From assembly GCF_020745735.1 (NCBI RefSeq), contig NC_083409.1:14541873-14605872 (forward strand): a DNA stretch of 64,000 nt, given 5' to 3'. A program made the translations under genes and the position numbers. The DNA is from Hemiscyllium ocellatum. Its lineage: Eukaryota. Positions within the stretch are counted from its first letter, which is position 1. Every line of letters starts with the position of its first letter. The notes under the pieces were generated by a model. The model was not told the DNA's origin. It was given only the letters and a program-made list of their open reading frames with translations, and ran no database searches. Shown piece after piece: positions 62,179-64,000 of this stretch.

Positions 62179-62366
62179 CATGATTTGAGCATGCCCTTCT
62201 CTGGAGGTCAAGACAGTTTCTGTAAATTCACCATGGAGATGGTGCGACAATACGTGGAGGAGGAGGAGACGCGTGCACAGCACCAGGTGTCACTCCTCAA
62301 ACTGAGAGAACAAGCCATGAAGGAAAAGACCAAAGCAGAACTGGCCTGGTTGGAGCACCAGAAAAA
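62179..62366 (+). pseudogene. CEP350: CEP350 mid-gene exon (open, intact splice sites)
   Basis: cag|HDLSMPFSGGQDSFCKFTMEMVRQYVEEEETRAQHQVSLLKLREQAMKEKTKAELAWLEHQK|gtgagt. Confidence 0.9.
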
Positions 62367-64000
62367 GTGAGTAGCCGACCTATGCAGTGATGGTAAGCTG
62401 AATAGCCTTTCAAAAATGCAATGTAAGAATGTGCAGATCCTTCCAGTAATCCTTTCCGGAGAAGGGGGAAAGCTAGTGTCTTTTCTCATTGCAGTCTGGC
62501 TGTTGTGCAGAATCTAGGTATTCACGTCATCTTTCCCCTTATCGCTGTTTGGATTGAGTAGAATGAATGCAATTTTGACTCTTTTTTTTCATATTTTTAA
62601 GTTTGTTCTTTGAATTTGGGATGTTTGCGGTAATGCTGGTATTTATTTACTGTCCCTCATTCTTGAAATGGTCATGGTGGTGAGCTGCCTTGAGCTACTG
62701 CAGTCTGCTTGGTCAATATAAACGTATCAACTCGCAAGTGCTGTTAGGTTTGGAGTTCAGGGCTCTGGAACAGATTGATGCAAGACTGTTGTCCTAACCC
62801 ACAGGTCAGGATTTGAAACCAATTATTTCAGTGGATTTCTTTGCTGCTGTTAAGGCCAAGATTGTTGTCCATCCTTCATTGCACTTGGGAAGGTGATAGT
62901 AAGTCATTTCCTCAAACATCTGCAGTTCACCTGCTACAGGTACGACCACAATGCTCACAGGAAATGGGTACCTGGGGTTTTGGTCCAAGAGTAGTGAAGG
63001 AATGGTATATTGCTAAGTCAGGATGTTGTGTGGCTTGGAGAGAAGCTTACAGGTCATGGTGTTACATGTTATATACTCTCTGTGCCCTCTTAGGTGGTAG
63101 AGGTCAGAGGCTTTGAAGGTGCTGTTGAAAGAATTGAGTGAGTTCCTGCAGTGCATCATACAGTGCACATAGCTCTCATTGTTTATTGGTGAATGTGGTG
63201 CTGATCAAGCAGGTTGCTATGTTCTATTTGATGTTATGTTTCTTGGGCATGTACTGGGGAGACAGGAAGTGAGTTACTTAGTGAAGAATTTTCAGCTTCT
63301 GACCTGGTTTTGTTGACCCAGTATTGTATAGCTGATACGGTTCAGTTTCAGGTCGAGGGCAACTCTAATGTGATAATTGTGAGAGAAGCAGTGATGATAA
63401 TACCACTTCATATCAAAAGGATTGCAAGAGATGGTCAATGCTTGGTAGGTATGGTGTGCATGCCATCCATGCTGCCATAATACTGTAGTCACATATGCCA
63501 TACTAGTTGTGGGCAGAAGATTTCCTCCTTCAAAGTCCCTCCATGAATTATTTGGGTTTTTATGGCTGCTCAACATCTTTGTGGACACTTTTACTGACAC
63601 CAACCTTTTATTTCCAGATTTTCTTTTAAAATACCCTTATTGTTTATGCTCACAAAATCAATATCTTGTTGAAATAAATTTTCTCCTGATTGAGTATGAC
63701 AAGCATGGAGGGGCATTACAGTTATAAAATATTAAGAAGAATTTGCTGTTTAACAAAATCTTAAACCCTGATCATTCTCTTTCTGGTTTAGTTGCTAATT
63801 CAGCAGTGGTGAAACTGTGAGATCTACTTGGGCAGATTTATCCAAGTTTGTCTGTAAATTCCAGCATCATTATACCATGTGTCGGGAGCTGTGGTTTACT
63901 AAAGAAGTTGAATCTCTTGTCAAGAGGAAGAAAAGGCTTATTGAGGCGTGAAGCTCAGTTAGGGAGCTTGAGAGTTACAAGTTAGTGAGGAAAGACCTAA

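Overview
Repeat-rich, non-genic-looking window from a cartilaginous fish (elasmobranch, probably a carpet/bamboo shark; inferred from the Ig light-chain sequence and the SINE/LINE families). Host-derived content: two immunoglobulin kappa-type (NS4-like) light-chain constant exons facing each other (a frameshifted pseudo-exon at 8975-9303 + and an intact exon at 23451-23779 -), with no V, J or RSS found. There is also a second inverted-duplicated block, a CpG-rich promoter (~43.15-43.8 kb), and stop-codon-bearing CEP350 exons in non-colinear order (53.1-62.4 kb). The most notable element is a decayed gamma/epsilon-like endogenous retrovirus (44692-53090, minus strand, tRNA-Ser PBS). Its 1.65-kb 3' LTR contains an intronless, frameshifted TSPAN13/31-like tetraspanin gene, most of which is cleanly deleted from the 5' LTR. 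The rest is CR1/L2/L1 LINE debris, V-SINEs/DeuSINEs and many Penelope-like elements that form fold-back palindromes carrying hammerhead-ribozyme cores. Protein family calls were made by eye against remembered sequences; no searches were run, and repeat boundaries are approximate unless a TSD is given.
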